40,334 nt of DNA from Candidatus Nomurabacteria bacterium (GTDB lineage: Bacteria; Patescibacteriota; Minisyncoccia; Phycocordibacterales; UBA9973): positions 1-40,334 of the forward strand of contig CAIOXK010000026.1 of NCBI GenBank assembly GCA_903862255.1, read 5' to 3'. Each line of letters opens with the position of its first letter. Position 1 is the first letter of the stretch. This document shows, piece by piece, positions 19,127 to 27,951 of this stretch. Under the pieces are notes generated by a model, which did no database searches, was not told the DNA's origin, and saw only the letters and a program-made list of their open reading frames with translations. The translations under genes were made by a program, and so were the position numbers.

Positions 19127-20914
19127 ATGAAAGATAACGGCGGACTCCTACCAATCTCAAATGACCAGGTTCATGAGTGGGAAACAATGGAATTGGCGGA
19201 CAAAATTGCCCCTTCTGCTATTGAAATAACTCCGAAGTCGATGCGTATCGGCGACAAAATCGTTCGTACTTTTTTTGTTATCTCATACCCCCGATACTTA
19301 ACTGATAACTGGCTAACACCTATCATCAACCTTGATAAGATTTTTGACATAGCTATTTATATTAACCCGATTGAAACAGGGGAGTTATTAAAACACTTCC
19401 AAAAAAAGATTGCTGAAGTAGAAAGCCAGATCATTGTTCGCCAACAAAAAGGTCTTGTGCGTGACCCAATGCTTGATACTGCACGAGAAGATCTCGAGGA
19501 GCTTCGTGACAACCTCACACAAGCACAAGAAAAAATGTTTGATCTAGGCATGTATATTACAATCTATGCCGATAATGAAACTGATCTTTTTCGTACAGAA
19601 AGTGAAATCAAGTCGTTGTTGGAATCAAAGCTTATCTATATAAAACCAACACTATTTCAAGAAGAAGACGGCTTCAAAACCGTTGCACCGCTTGGTACAG
19701 ATAAGTTGCAAGTAACTCAAAAACTTAATTCTGAACCAATTTCTAGTATGTTTCCATTCGTTTCGTTCGACCTAACTAGCGAAACAGGTATTCTATATGG
19801 AGTAAACCGTCACAATTCTAGTCTAGTTATATTTGATCGCTTCAGTTTAGAAAACTACAACTCTATTATTTTCGCCAAATCTGGTGCGGGTAAAAGTTAC
19901 GCGACTAAGCTTGAAATCATTCGAACATTGATGTTTGATACTGATGTTATTGTGATCGACCCTGAAAGAGAATACGAATACCTTGCCGAAGCAATTGGTG
20001 GGCGTTATTTTAATATTTCACTTTCATCAGACCACCATATTAACCCTTTTGATCTTCCTATTCCACGCGAAGACGAGTCTGCTGCTGACGTATTACGCAG
20101 TAACATTATTAACCTAGTAGGACTCTTCCGTATTATGCTCGGTGGGTTAAGTGCCGAAGAAGACTCAATCATTGACCGTGCAATTACAGAAACATATTCA
20201 TTGAAAGATATCAGTGCTGACTCTGATTTTACTACAATTGAACCGCCACTATTATCCGACTTTGAAATGGTACTTTCTGGTATGGAGGGGACTGACTCTC
20301 TCTTACAGCGCCTTACAAAATATACTCATGGTTCATGGGCAAGCTTTATCAACCAGCCAACAAACGTTGATATTAATAAGAAATTCGTTGTATTCTCTGT
20401 GCGTGATATGGAAGACGACCTTAAACCTGCTGCTATGTATATAGTTACGCACTTTATTTGGAATGCTGTTCGCAAACAGCTCAAAAAGCGCTTACTCGTA
20501 GTGGATGAGGCGTGGTGGATGATGAAATCAGATGACACTGCTTCATTCTTATATTCAATTGCAAAACGTGGACGTAAGTATTACCTTGGTCTTTGTACTA
20601 TTACCCAAGACGTTGGCGATTTCATGAAAAGCCCATATGGCGTGCCAATTATCACTAACTCATCTATTCAATTGCTTCTGAAACAATCTCCATCAACAAT
20701 GGATGTACTACAAAAAACATTTAACCTGACTGACGAGGAAAAGTATTTATTACTTGAATCTGGAGTAGGGGAAGGAATTTTCTTTGCTGGACTTAAACAT
20801 GTAGCTATTAAAATCATTGCCTCATACACCGAAGACCAGATCATCACCTCTGACCCATCACAGGTTATTTCTATCCAAAAAGCCAAGCAGGAATTTTCTC
20901 AACAAAGAGCATAA
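19127..20914 (+). CDS. virB4: VirB4-like type IV secretion ATPase
   Basis: Walker A AKSGAGKS, IDPEREY, INPFD, Walker B LLVVDEAW, KRGRKY...ITQDV. Confidence 0.88.
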   Translation: MKDNGGLLPISNDQVHEWETMELADKIAPSAIEITPKSMRIGDKIVRTFFVISYPRYLTDNWLTPIINLDKIFDIAIYINPIETGELLKHFQKKIAEVESQIIVRQQKGLVRDPMLDTAREDLEELRDNLTQAQEKMFDLGMYITIYADNETDLFRTESEIKSLLESKLIYIKPTLFQEEDGFKTVAPLGTDKLQVTQKLNSEPISSMFPFVSFDLTSETGILYGVNRHNSSLVIFDRFSLENYNSIIFAKSGAGKSYATKLEIIRTLMFDTDVIVIDPEREYEYLAEAIGGRYFNISLSSDHHINPFDLPIPREDESAADVLRSNIINLVGLFRIMLGGLSAEEDSIIDRAITETYSLKDISADSDFTTIEPPLLSDFEMVLSGMEGTDSLLQRLTKYTHGSWASFINQPTNVDINKKFVVFSVRDMEDDLKPAAMYIVTHFIWNAVRKQLKKRLLVVDEAWWMMKSDDTASFLYSIAKRGRKYYLGLCTITQDVGDFMKSPYGVPIITNSSIQLLLKQSPSTMDVLQKTFNLTDEEKYLLLESGVGEGIFFAGLKHVAIKIIASYTEDQIITSDPSQVISIQKAKQEFSQQRA

Positions 20915-20941
20915 CGCATATACTTTTGCTATACTAAATAC

Positions 20942-21913
20942 GTGAAACGTTTCTCTCTCATAATAGCCACTGTTCTTACTAGCATCACAATCGCTGTATT
21001 TTTTGTTGCACATATTGTACATGCTCAAAGCGCCCAAATCGACCTTAATATTACCAGCGTTCCAGTAAACCCATTACCATTACAAAAAACAGTTATTTCT
21101 TTACAAAGCTACAGTGCTGATATTACACAAGCAGATATTTCTTGGAAATATAACAGTAAGGTTATCAGTAGTGGCAAAGGGCAAACAAGTATCACCATTA
21201 CTGCGCCAGCAAGCGGTGTCACTGGAACCATTATTGCCACTGTTTCTGGGGGTAGTTTTGATACTACCTCTAGTACATTAATACTTCGTCCTGCAAGTGT
21301 TGATATGCTATGGGAGGGGGCTGATAGCTATACACCACCATTTTATAAAGGATTACCACTACCCTCGATTGGGGGAGTTATTCGTATTATGGCAGTACCT
21401 TCAATTAATGCACCTAAGTCGATGACTTACTCATGGAGTCAAAACGGTGAAGCACTACAAAATGCTTCCGGGTATGCAAAAAATGCAATTTTAATTCAAA
21501 ACGATGGACTAACCACTACTGAACATATAGAAGTAACAGAAAAAAATGGCTCTTTCACCGGTAATAATAATGCCGATATAACACCCGGAGACCCTGTTAT
21601 AGCAGGATATTTTAACAACGATGGTTTTATAGACTATGCAAATGGTTCTACTAGCGATCTTTCTACTACTGCGCCGGGTGTGCTTATTCACTTTGAACCG
21701 TACTATTTTTCAACACCTATTAGCTTGAGCCATGACCTTACCTTCACATATGAAGATGATACTGGTGCAGAATTGACTCCTAATACTTTGAAAAATGAAC
21801 TGCCACTTTCTCGCCCAGATAATGGCGGTCAGTCTGCATTCAAAACAACAATTAGTACTATTATATTTAACCTGCAAAACGTTACTAAGCGATTTACAGT
21901 AAATTTCAACTAA
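20942..21913 (+). CDS. Exported beta-rich (Ig-like) hypothetical protein
   Basis: Signal peptide ending VHA; Thr/Ser-rich beta pattern; SYTPPFYKGLPLP. Confidence 0.72.
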   Translation: MKRFSLIIATVLTSITIAVFFVAHIVHAQSAQIDLNITSVPVNPLPLQKTVISLQSYSADITQADISWKYNSKVISSGKGQTSITITAPASGVTGTIIATVSGGSFDTTSSTLILRPASVDMLWEGADSYTPPFYKGLPLPSIGGVIRIMAVPSINAPKSMTYSWSQNGEALQNASGYAKNAILIQNDGLTTTEHIEVTEKNGSFTGNNNADITPGDPVIAGYFNNDGFIDYANGSTSDLSTTAPGVLIHFEPYYFSTPISLSHDLTFTYEDDTGAELTPNTLKNELPLSRPDNGGQSAFKTTISTIIFNLQNVTKRFTVNFN

Positions 21914-21934
21914 CTTTCGTGATAAACTAATGGT

Positions 21935-23584
21935 ATGAAAAAAATACTGTGGCTGACATTTATTTTTGTACTACTTTTTGTAGGTCATAGTTTTGCCGAC
22001 TACACCCTTAGTGTTGTTCCAAAAGGAGTAAATATAACAGCGACACTTAGTGGTGTACCTAGTGGGCGTGATATTTATAAACTTGTATTACAGACAGATA
22101 ATTTTGATGCAACAAATACCTATAGCGGAAAAACACCCTCTAGTGTTCAAATAGCAGGGGATAGTACATTATCACAAGTAACAATAACACCTCCACAAAC
22201 CACAGGTTCTGTAAAATGGACATTGGTTAATCTTAAAGCAAATACGACATATTATGCTCGCGTTGTAGATTTCCCAGCACTTGGAGGAACAGGTAAATTT
22301 ATTACTTCAGCAGTATTAATTAAAACAGGTACCATTAGTATCCCTATACAACCCCTAAGTACAACCCTTGGAGAGGGTGGGAGTATTACCGTTTCTGGTA
22401 AAGTAAATATCAATAGTATTCCTGGTTTCAGCGCTAGTAATTTCACAGCAGTACTGTATTACACAGAAACACCGGTAGCAGCATCAGCGACATCACTCCC
22501 TGACGGTAAGGGTCCATTGCGAAGTGAAGATAGTAATGGTAAGGATGGTATTAATGATGATGGAACATATTATTGGCATATTAACTCTCTCAGTCCGAGT
22601 ACAACATACTATATTCAACAAGTTGTAACACTGTATGGTAACTCAACAAGCGATACAATTGATCACTTCAATAGTAGTACTGGAAATATTATTGCATCCT
22701 CTGCTGACCAGGCAAGCTATGATGTAAAACATAGTTACACACTACTTTCCGGCTTTCCAGATCTAACAGTACTTCCAGACCCCGATCTTTGTGCACAACA
22801 GCGAGCAACAGCTGCAGCATCAGGAACAGCTGGGCCGAAGTTTTGTGATATGAATGATGTTATTAATTATTTTCTTAGTCTATTAATTGCTCTTTCTGCT
22901 GTTTCATTAGTATTTCGTCTAATGTATGAAGGCTATAAATACATGACAAGTGATGTTCCTTTTCTTAAAGCCTCTGCAAAAAGTGGTTTCTTCGCAGCAT
23001 TAGGAGGATTACTTATTGCAATGACTTCATATATTATTTTAAATACAGTAAATCCCAAATTAGTAACAAATGCTAATATCGGACCTACAACACTCGCAAT
23101 CGGAGTAACCCAACCTGATGAAGATACTGTCCCTATTATTAACCAAGGAAGCATTAGCGCCCCTGGCGGACCTATTGGGGCATGCCAAGTCGGACTAGTA
23201 AAAGTAACAGTACAAAAATCGTCATTTATTGCATGTAAATCGATTTCATCAAATCTAAGCTTAATGCTCACAGCAGCATATGCCCAAGGAATTACACTTG
23301 AGGGCGGTGGGTTCAGAACAAAAAATGAACAAATTGCCTTGCGTACCGCCCATTGTAATGGTGACTTAACTAGTCCAAAGGCTATATGTAAACCACCAAC
23401 AGCAGTACCAGGACACTCAAATCATGAAAGCGGCCTAGCATTCGATTTCACTTGCGATAATGCTTCTAATACAATTCAGACACATGACAATAAGTGTTAC
23501 ATCTGGCTATCAAATAATGCTGCAAACTATGGCTTAAAAAACTTTTCTAAAGAACCGTGGCACTGGTCAGTCGACGGCAGATAG
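21935..23584 (+). CDS. Fusion: FN3-like repeats + pilin-like TM hairpin + M15 (VanY-like) Zn peptidase
   Basis: LKANTTYY and LSPSTTYY FN3-like motifs; two-TM segment ending YIILNTVNPKL; GFR..EQ, PGHSNHESGLAFD (SxHxxGxAxD), EPWHW. Confidence 0.8.
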   Translation: MKKILWLTFIFVLLFVGHSFADYTLSVVPKGVNITATLSGVPSGRDIYKLVLQTDNFDATNTYSGKTPSSVQIAGDSTLSQVTITPPQTTGSVKWTLVNLKANTTYYARVVDFPALGGTGKFITSAVLIKTGTISIPIQPLSTTLGEGGSITVSGKVNINSIPGFSASNFTAVLYYTETPVAASATSLPDGKGPLRSEDSNGKDGINDDGTYYWHINSLSPSTTYYIQQVVTLYGNSTSDTIDHFNSSTGNIIASSADQASYDVKHSYTLLSGFPDLTVLPDPDLCAQQRATAAASGTAGPKFCDMNDVINYFLSLLIALSAVSLVFRLMYEGYKYMTSDVPFLKASAKSGFFAALGGLLIAMTSYIILNTVNPKLVTNANIGPTTLAIGVTQPDEDTVPIINQGSISAPGGPIGACQVGLVKVTVQKSSFIACKSISSNLSLMLTAAYAQGITLEGGGFRTKNEQIALRTAHCNGDLTSPKAICKPPTAVPGHSNHESGLAFDFTCDNASNTIQTHDNKCYIWLSNNAANYGLKNFSKEPWHWSVDGR

Positions 23585-23601
23585 TGTAGTACAATATTCA
23601 T

Positions 23602-24852
23602 ATGCGAAAAGCGCTCATAATCTTATTGATACTTATTTTTCTTGTTGCAGGGGTATATTTTTTCTATATCAAACCAAATACACAAGCAGGGAAGCCTGTG
23701 CCAAATATACTTACTTCTTTCTTTCCAAAGACAACAAGTATTGGTAGTAACTTTGGTTCAGACACTAACCCTGATGGAACAGCTACCAACACCACTATCG
23801 CACCAGCAATAGAGCCCGCACTAAAACAACTCTCACCACGACCAATCGCTGGATATACTGTTTATAGTCTTAGTAATACCGTTTCAACACCATCAACAAA
23901 CCCGAAGGTGAAACCAGTAATAACTGTTACTATTGATCATTTTATTCGATATGTTTCTCGAATAAATGGTTATGTATATGAAATAAAAAACAAAGATATT
24001 CCTCTACAGATCAGTAATATTTTTATTCCCAATATCTATGAGGCATCTTTTGCTGACAACAATAATACAGCTATTTTACGATTCTTGCGTGCTGACAACA
24101 ATACAATCGCGACATATACAGTACCTATTCCAGCACTAAATTCAGATGGTACCCGCACACAAATTCCCGGTATTTACTTACAAGACAACATATACAACTT
24201 AACTGTATCACCTGACCAAAAAAATCTGCTTCGTGTCACTCGAGATAGTACTGGAACAATACTTAGCACATCAACTACAAGAGGCGCATCTGTTAAAAAA
24301 TTGTTTACCTCTACTTTTATGTCATGGTTACCACAATGGGTGAATTCTGGTATTTATTTACAAACAAAAGCAGCCTCAAAAGTTGATGGGTATGTTTACC
24401 TATTAGATCAAAAAAACTCTCGATTAAGCCGTATTACGGGAAATATTAAAGGGCTTACTACTTCTATAAGCCCTAGTGGTCAATATATATTATATTCAGA
24501 AAGTTCAGGCTCAGGTTTTTCTACCAAGCTCTATAACACCAAAACAAGCACTGTTTCTACCATTAGTTTAAATATTTTACCTGAGAAATGTGTATGGTTA
24601 AAAAATGAAGATCTCATCTGTGCAGGAAGTGATTCAGTTGACCCTGCCATTTATCCAGATGGATGGTATGCCGGCATTAATCATTTTAGTGACAACCTTT
24701 ATCGTATTAGTACTGCTTCAAATAATTTCAGCACAATCTATACAGCAGGTACACCAACATATGATATGACAAACTTACAAGTAGACGAAGACCGAGGGTT
24801 GGTATTCTTTATCGACAAAAATACAGGGTTACTTTGGCAATATAGATATTAA
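23602..24852 (+). CDS. Membrane-anchored probable beta-propeller protein
   Basis: N-terminal TM; TolB/PD40-like blades VSPDQKNL and ISPSGQYILY. Confidence 0.7.
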   Translation: MRKALIILLILIFLVAGVYFFYIKPNTQAGKPVPNILTSFFPKTTSIGSNFGSDTNPDGTATNTTIAPAIEPALKQLSPRPIAGYTVYSLSNTVSTPSTNPKVKPVITVTIDHFIRYVSRINGYVYEIKNKDIPLQISNIFIPNIYEASFADNNNTAILRFLRADNNTIATYTVPIPALNSDGTRTQIPGIYLQDNIYNLTVSPDQKNLLRVTRDSTGTILSTSTTRGASVKKLFTSTFMSWLPQWVNSGIYLQTKAASKVDGYVYLLDQKNSRLSRITGNIKGLTTSISPSGQYILYSESSGSGFSTKLYNTKTSTVSTISLNILPEKCVWLKNEDLICAGSDSVDPAIYPDGWYAGINHFSDNLYRISTASNNFSTIYTAGTPTYDMTNLQVDEDRGLVFFIDKNTGLLWQYRY

Positions 24853-25565
24853 AGAATTAATTTATTACGCACTGTCTTACGAAGATATAATTCCTGTAAG
24901 ATAGAAAAGAGGTTCGCTACTGACCAGTACAGTGCGACAGCGGCTGCAAGGCGACTAGCGATCACTATGATGATAATTGGGAGGACATACTTAGTTTGTA
25001 CAGCAAGACTCTGTGCGAGTTGATTTTGCATATTATTATCACCCTTGCGTGAAGGAGCAGAAGGGGATGGAGCAAGAAATGCCTGAATACCTTGTGTAAT
25101 ACCAGCCAATATCGCAAGAGGAAGAAATGGTTTAGTGATATCGATCAAACCAATAAACATATTTTTAAGATTGTCAGTACTCAAAAATGAATATAGGTGT
25201 TGCGGTTGAACGATTCCGTTTGAGAATGTGCGATACAGTGCAAGAAGGATAGGGATTTGAATGATCAAATATAAACAGCCTGAAAAAGGATTAATCTTTT
25301 CATCCTTGTAGAGTTCCATTGTTGCCTTAGCCTCTTCTTCTTTAGTTAAGCCCTTGTCTTTAATAGATTGAAGTTTTGGTTCCAATGCACGCATTTTGTA
25401 TTGACCAATAATACTCTTCTTACTAAGAGGGAAGAGTACAAGACGTATAATAATCGTCACAACAACAACAGCTAGACCTACATCCTGACCGGTTATATGT
25501 TGAGCAATAAAGATCAGTGCATTATAGATTGGCTGGTAGATAACAATATTCCAAAGGGTAATCAT
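24849..25565 (-). CDS. yidC: YidC/Oxa1 membrane protein insertase (short form)
   Basis: GLAVVVVTIIIRLVLFPL, INPFSGCL..IIQIPIL..LY, ALYW..NLFSILQ. Confidence 0.94.
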   Translation of the reverse strand: MITLWNIVIYQPIYNALIFIAQHITGQDVGLAVVVVTIIIRLVLFPLSKKSIIGQYKMRALEPKLQSIKDKGLTKEEEAKATMELYKDEKINPFSGCLYLIIQIPILLALYRTFSNGIVQPQHLYSFLSTDNLKNMFIGLIDITKPFLPLAILAGITQGIQAFLAPSPSAPSRKGDNNMQNQLAQSLAVQTKYVLPIIIIVIASRLAAAVALYWSVANLFSILQELYLRKTVRNKLIL

Positions 25566-25582
25566 GGAGCGATTATAGCATA

Positions 25583-25813
25583 TTATGGTAGGTCAACTTG
25601 CGGATCATTGCCTGGGTGGCAACGGCTAATTCTATATATGGTTTTTCCTAATGCTTTCCAAAAAGGGAATTTTTTAAAACATTCTTGCCCATATTGGGAG
25701 CATGTGGGGTAAAAAATACAATGAGATCGTGTGTAGAATGGGGCAATAAATGTCCGATATAACCAGATTATTGCCAAAGCTATGTAATTAAAGGGATTTT
25801 TGTACCAACGCAT
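25583..25813 (-). CDS. yidD: Membrane protein insertion efficiency factor
   Basis: CIFYPTCSQY...RISRCHP; canonical position between rnpA and yidC. Confidence 0.93.
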   Translation of the reverse strand: MRWYKNPFNYIALAIIWLYRTFIAPFYTRSHCIFYPTCSQYGQECFKKFPFWKALGKTIYRISRCHPGNDPQVDLP

Positions 25814-26114
25814 CTAAATTAGTCTTAAGTTCTATATAAGACATATCATATACCTGTTTTGACACATATAGTATGCCTATAAAGGCTATTTTTTCATTTT
25901 TATCAAACAGGGTATATAACTGCCGACGAATCTTATTACGTAAAACCGCTCTTTTTTGATGTTTTGACCCGGTAACTACAGTAAAAGCTGTCTTATCCTG
26001 TGTAGTTTTAATATATTTCAGTGTCCCTAAACGATTAAAAACCACCTTTAAACCAGGGGTTTCCAATAGGGAACTAACTTGTCTACGGGTAAGCCGTTTA
26101 GTTGACGGCAGCAT
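25788..26114 (-). CDS. rnpA: Ribonuclease P protein component
   Basis: KRAVLRNKIRRQL (RNR-motif variant); rpmH-rnpA-yidD-yidC synteny. Confidence 0.88.
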   Translation of the reverse strand: MLPSTKRLTRRQVSSLLETPGLKVVFNRLGTLKYIKTTQDKTAFTVVTGSKHQKRAVLRNKIRRQLYTLFDKNEKIAFIGILYVSKQVYDMSYIELKTNLDALVQKSL

Positions 26115-26117
26115 AGG

Positions 26118-26255
26118 CTAAACAGTAGTGAGCTGAGCACGACCTTTACGGCGACGTGCAAGCAATACTTTTCGGCCAGTAGCACTAGCACTTCGAACTA
26201 AAAATCCGTGTGTTGTTGCTCGCTTTTTCTTTTTTGGCTGGTATGTTTGAGACAT
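26118..26255 (-). CDS. rpmH: 50S ribosomal protein L34 (absent from ORF track)
   Basis: Manual translation [45 protein letters not shown]. Confidence 0.96.
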   Translation of the reverse strand: MSQTYQPKKKKRATTHGFLVRSASATGRKVLLARRRKGRAQLTTV

Positions 26256-26267
26256 ATAGTAGGAGCA

Positions 26268-26352
26268 CTATACACAAAATGGTTCTACAAATCAAGTAGT
26301 CAAAAATACTTTAATATCTGCTATAATCCACTCAATCCACAGCTTATCCACT
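26268..26352 (+). promoter_or_regulatory. DnaA-box-like cluster upstream of dnaA
   Basis: CTATACACA 26268, TAATCCACT 26324, CAATCCACA 26333, TTATCCACT 26344 versus consensus TTWTNCACA. Confidence 0.6.
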
Positions 26353-26390
26353 TTTATTAGATAATGGGAAAAGTCTGTATGATGTAATCA

Positions 26391-27752
26391 ATGGAAAACA
26401 ATCTCTCTCAACTATGGAATACCTGTCTCGGTGTGATTGAATCACAACTAACTAAGGCTACTTTTACGACTTGGTTTAAAAATACTGGTATTAATAAAGA
26501 AGAGGAGGGGATTATTTATGTCAGCGTACCTAATGAATTCGTTCGTGAATGGTTAATGACAAAATACCAAAAACTTATATTAAAAACTATTGTTGAAAAT
26601 GCCCCCCATATTCGTGCTGTAGAATTCATCATCAGTCGGCTTACCACTCCGGCACCAGTTAATGAAAACAATCTCTTTTCTTCATCAACGACAGAGCATC
26701 CTTCTACACTCCCATTACAAAATCTTTATATAAATAGAGATGACAACCTTAACCCTCGATATACATTCGATACGTTCATCGTAGGCCCTTTTAATGAACT
26801 AGCGTGTGCATCTGCCCAGGGTGTTGTTAAGCGTCTCCAGAACGCATATAACCCACTTTTTATCTATGGTTCAAGTGGTCTTGGAAAGACACACCTAATT
26901 CAGGCTGTGGGCAATGAAATTAAAAAATTATATCCAGACAAAAAAGTTCTTTATACCAGTTTAGAGAAATTTATGAATGAATATGTTTCTTCTGTGCAAA
27001 ACAACCGCCAGCAATCTTTTCAAGACAAGTATTGTAAATTCGATGTATTAATCATGGATGATATTCAATTCATTTCTGGCAAAGAGGGTACACAAAACGC
27101 ATTATTTCATATATTTAATGTGTTGTATGAGCAAAATAAAAATATTATTTTTTCATCAGATAAACACCCTAACCATATAATTGGCTTAGAGGATCGTCTC
27201 AAAACTCGCTTTAATGCTGGCATGACTATTGACATTCAAGAGCCAGATCTTGAGTCACGAATGGCTATTATTAAAGAAAAGAGTACTCATCAAGAATTTC
27301 CGCTTGAGCCTGAAGTGTTAGCTTATATAGCATCTGTTGTAACAGGTAGTATTCGTGAAATAGAAGGAGTATTAAATCTCATATCTATGCATTCTGGCAT
27401 GCGCCAAAAAGCTATTAGTTTGAGTGAGATCAAGCTTTTAATTAAAAACAGTGTTAAGCCAAAACGTGTTATTTCGATTGATTCAGTAGTGAAAATGGTT
27501 TCTGATTATTACAACCTAGACGAACAAGTCATTTATGAAAAGACTCGTAGAAAAGAAATCGTGCGAGCCCGTCAAATCATCATGTTTGTTCTCCGTGAAG
27601 ATTTTAACGAGTCATATCCATCAATTGGTGCGAAACTTGGTGGCAAAGACCACACTACAGTTATTCACTCTTATGAAAAAATTAAAGGCGAACTCGTTAG
27701 TGATCCGCATTTAATGAAAGAATTGGAAGATATCCGTATTCTGTTTAAATAA
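26391..27752 (+). CDS. dnaA: Chromosomal replication initiator
   Basis: LNPRYTFDTF, YNPLFIYGSSGLGKTHL, DVLIMDDIQF, GGKDHTTVIHS. Confidence 0.98.
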   Translation: MENNLSQLWNTCLGVIESQLTKATFTTWFKNTGINKEEEGIIYVSVPNEFVREWLMTKYQKLILKTIVENAPHIRAVEFIISRLTTPAPVNENNLFSSSTTEHPSTLPLQNLYINRDDNLNPRYTFDTFIVGPFNELACASAQGVVKRLQNAYNPLFIYGSSGLGKTHLIQAVGNEIKKLYPDKKVLYTSLEKFMNEYVSSVQNNRQQSFQDKYCKFDVLIMDDIQFISGKEGTQNALFHIFNVLYEQNKNIIFSSDKHPNHIIGLEDRLKTRFNAGMTIDIQEPDLESRMAIIKEKSTHQEFPLEPEVLAYIASVVTGSIREIEGVLNLISMHSGMRQKAISLSEIKLLIKNSVKPKRVISIDSVVKMVSDYYNLDEQVIYEKTRRKEIVRARQIIMFVLREDFNESYPSIGAKLGGKDHTTVIHSYEKIKGELVSDPHLMKELEDIRILFK

Positions 27753-27951
27753 TTGGGGAAAACTTTCGGATAAAACTATGAATAACTCAATGATAACTTT
27801 TCCAAATTTTCATAAACATAAAAACTCTGCATTTTCGGTATATATAATCCACAGAGGCACTCATAAAAATCAATTGAAAATAAAGAAGAATCTAGACTTA
27901 TCCACAATCCACACCCTATATAGACTAACTTAAAGAAAAAGATAAAAAAAT
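27753..27951. other. Probable oriC (dnaA-dnaN intergenic)
   Basis: Perfect TTATCCACA at 27898-27906 overlapped by CAATCCACA; TAATCCACA 27845; reverse near-boxes at 27754 and 27777; AT-rich. Confidence 0.75.
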
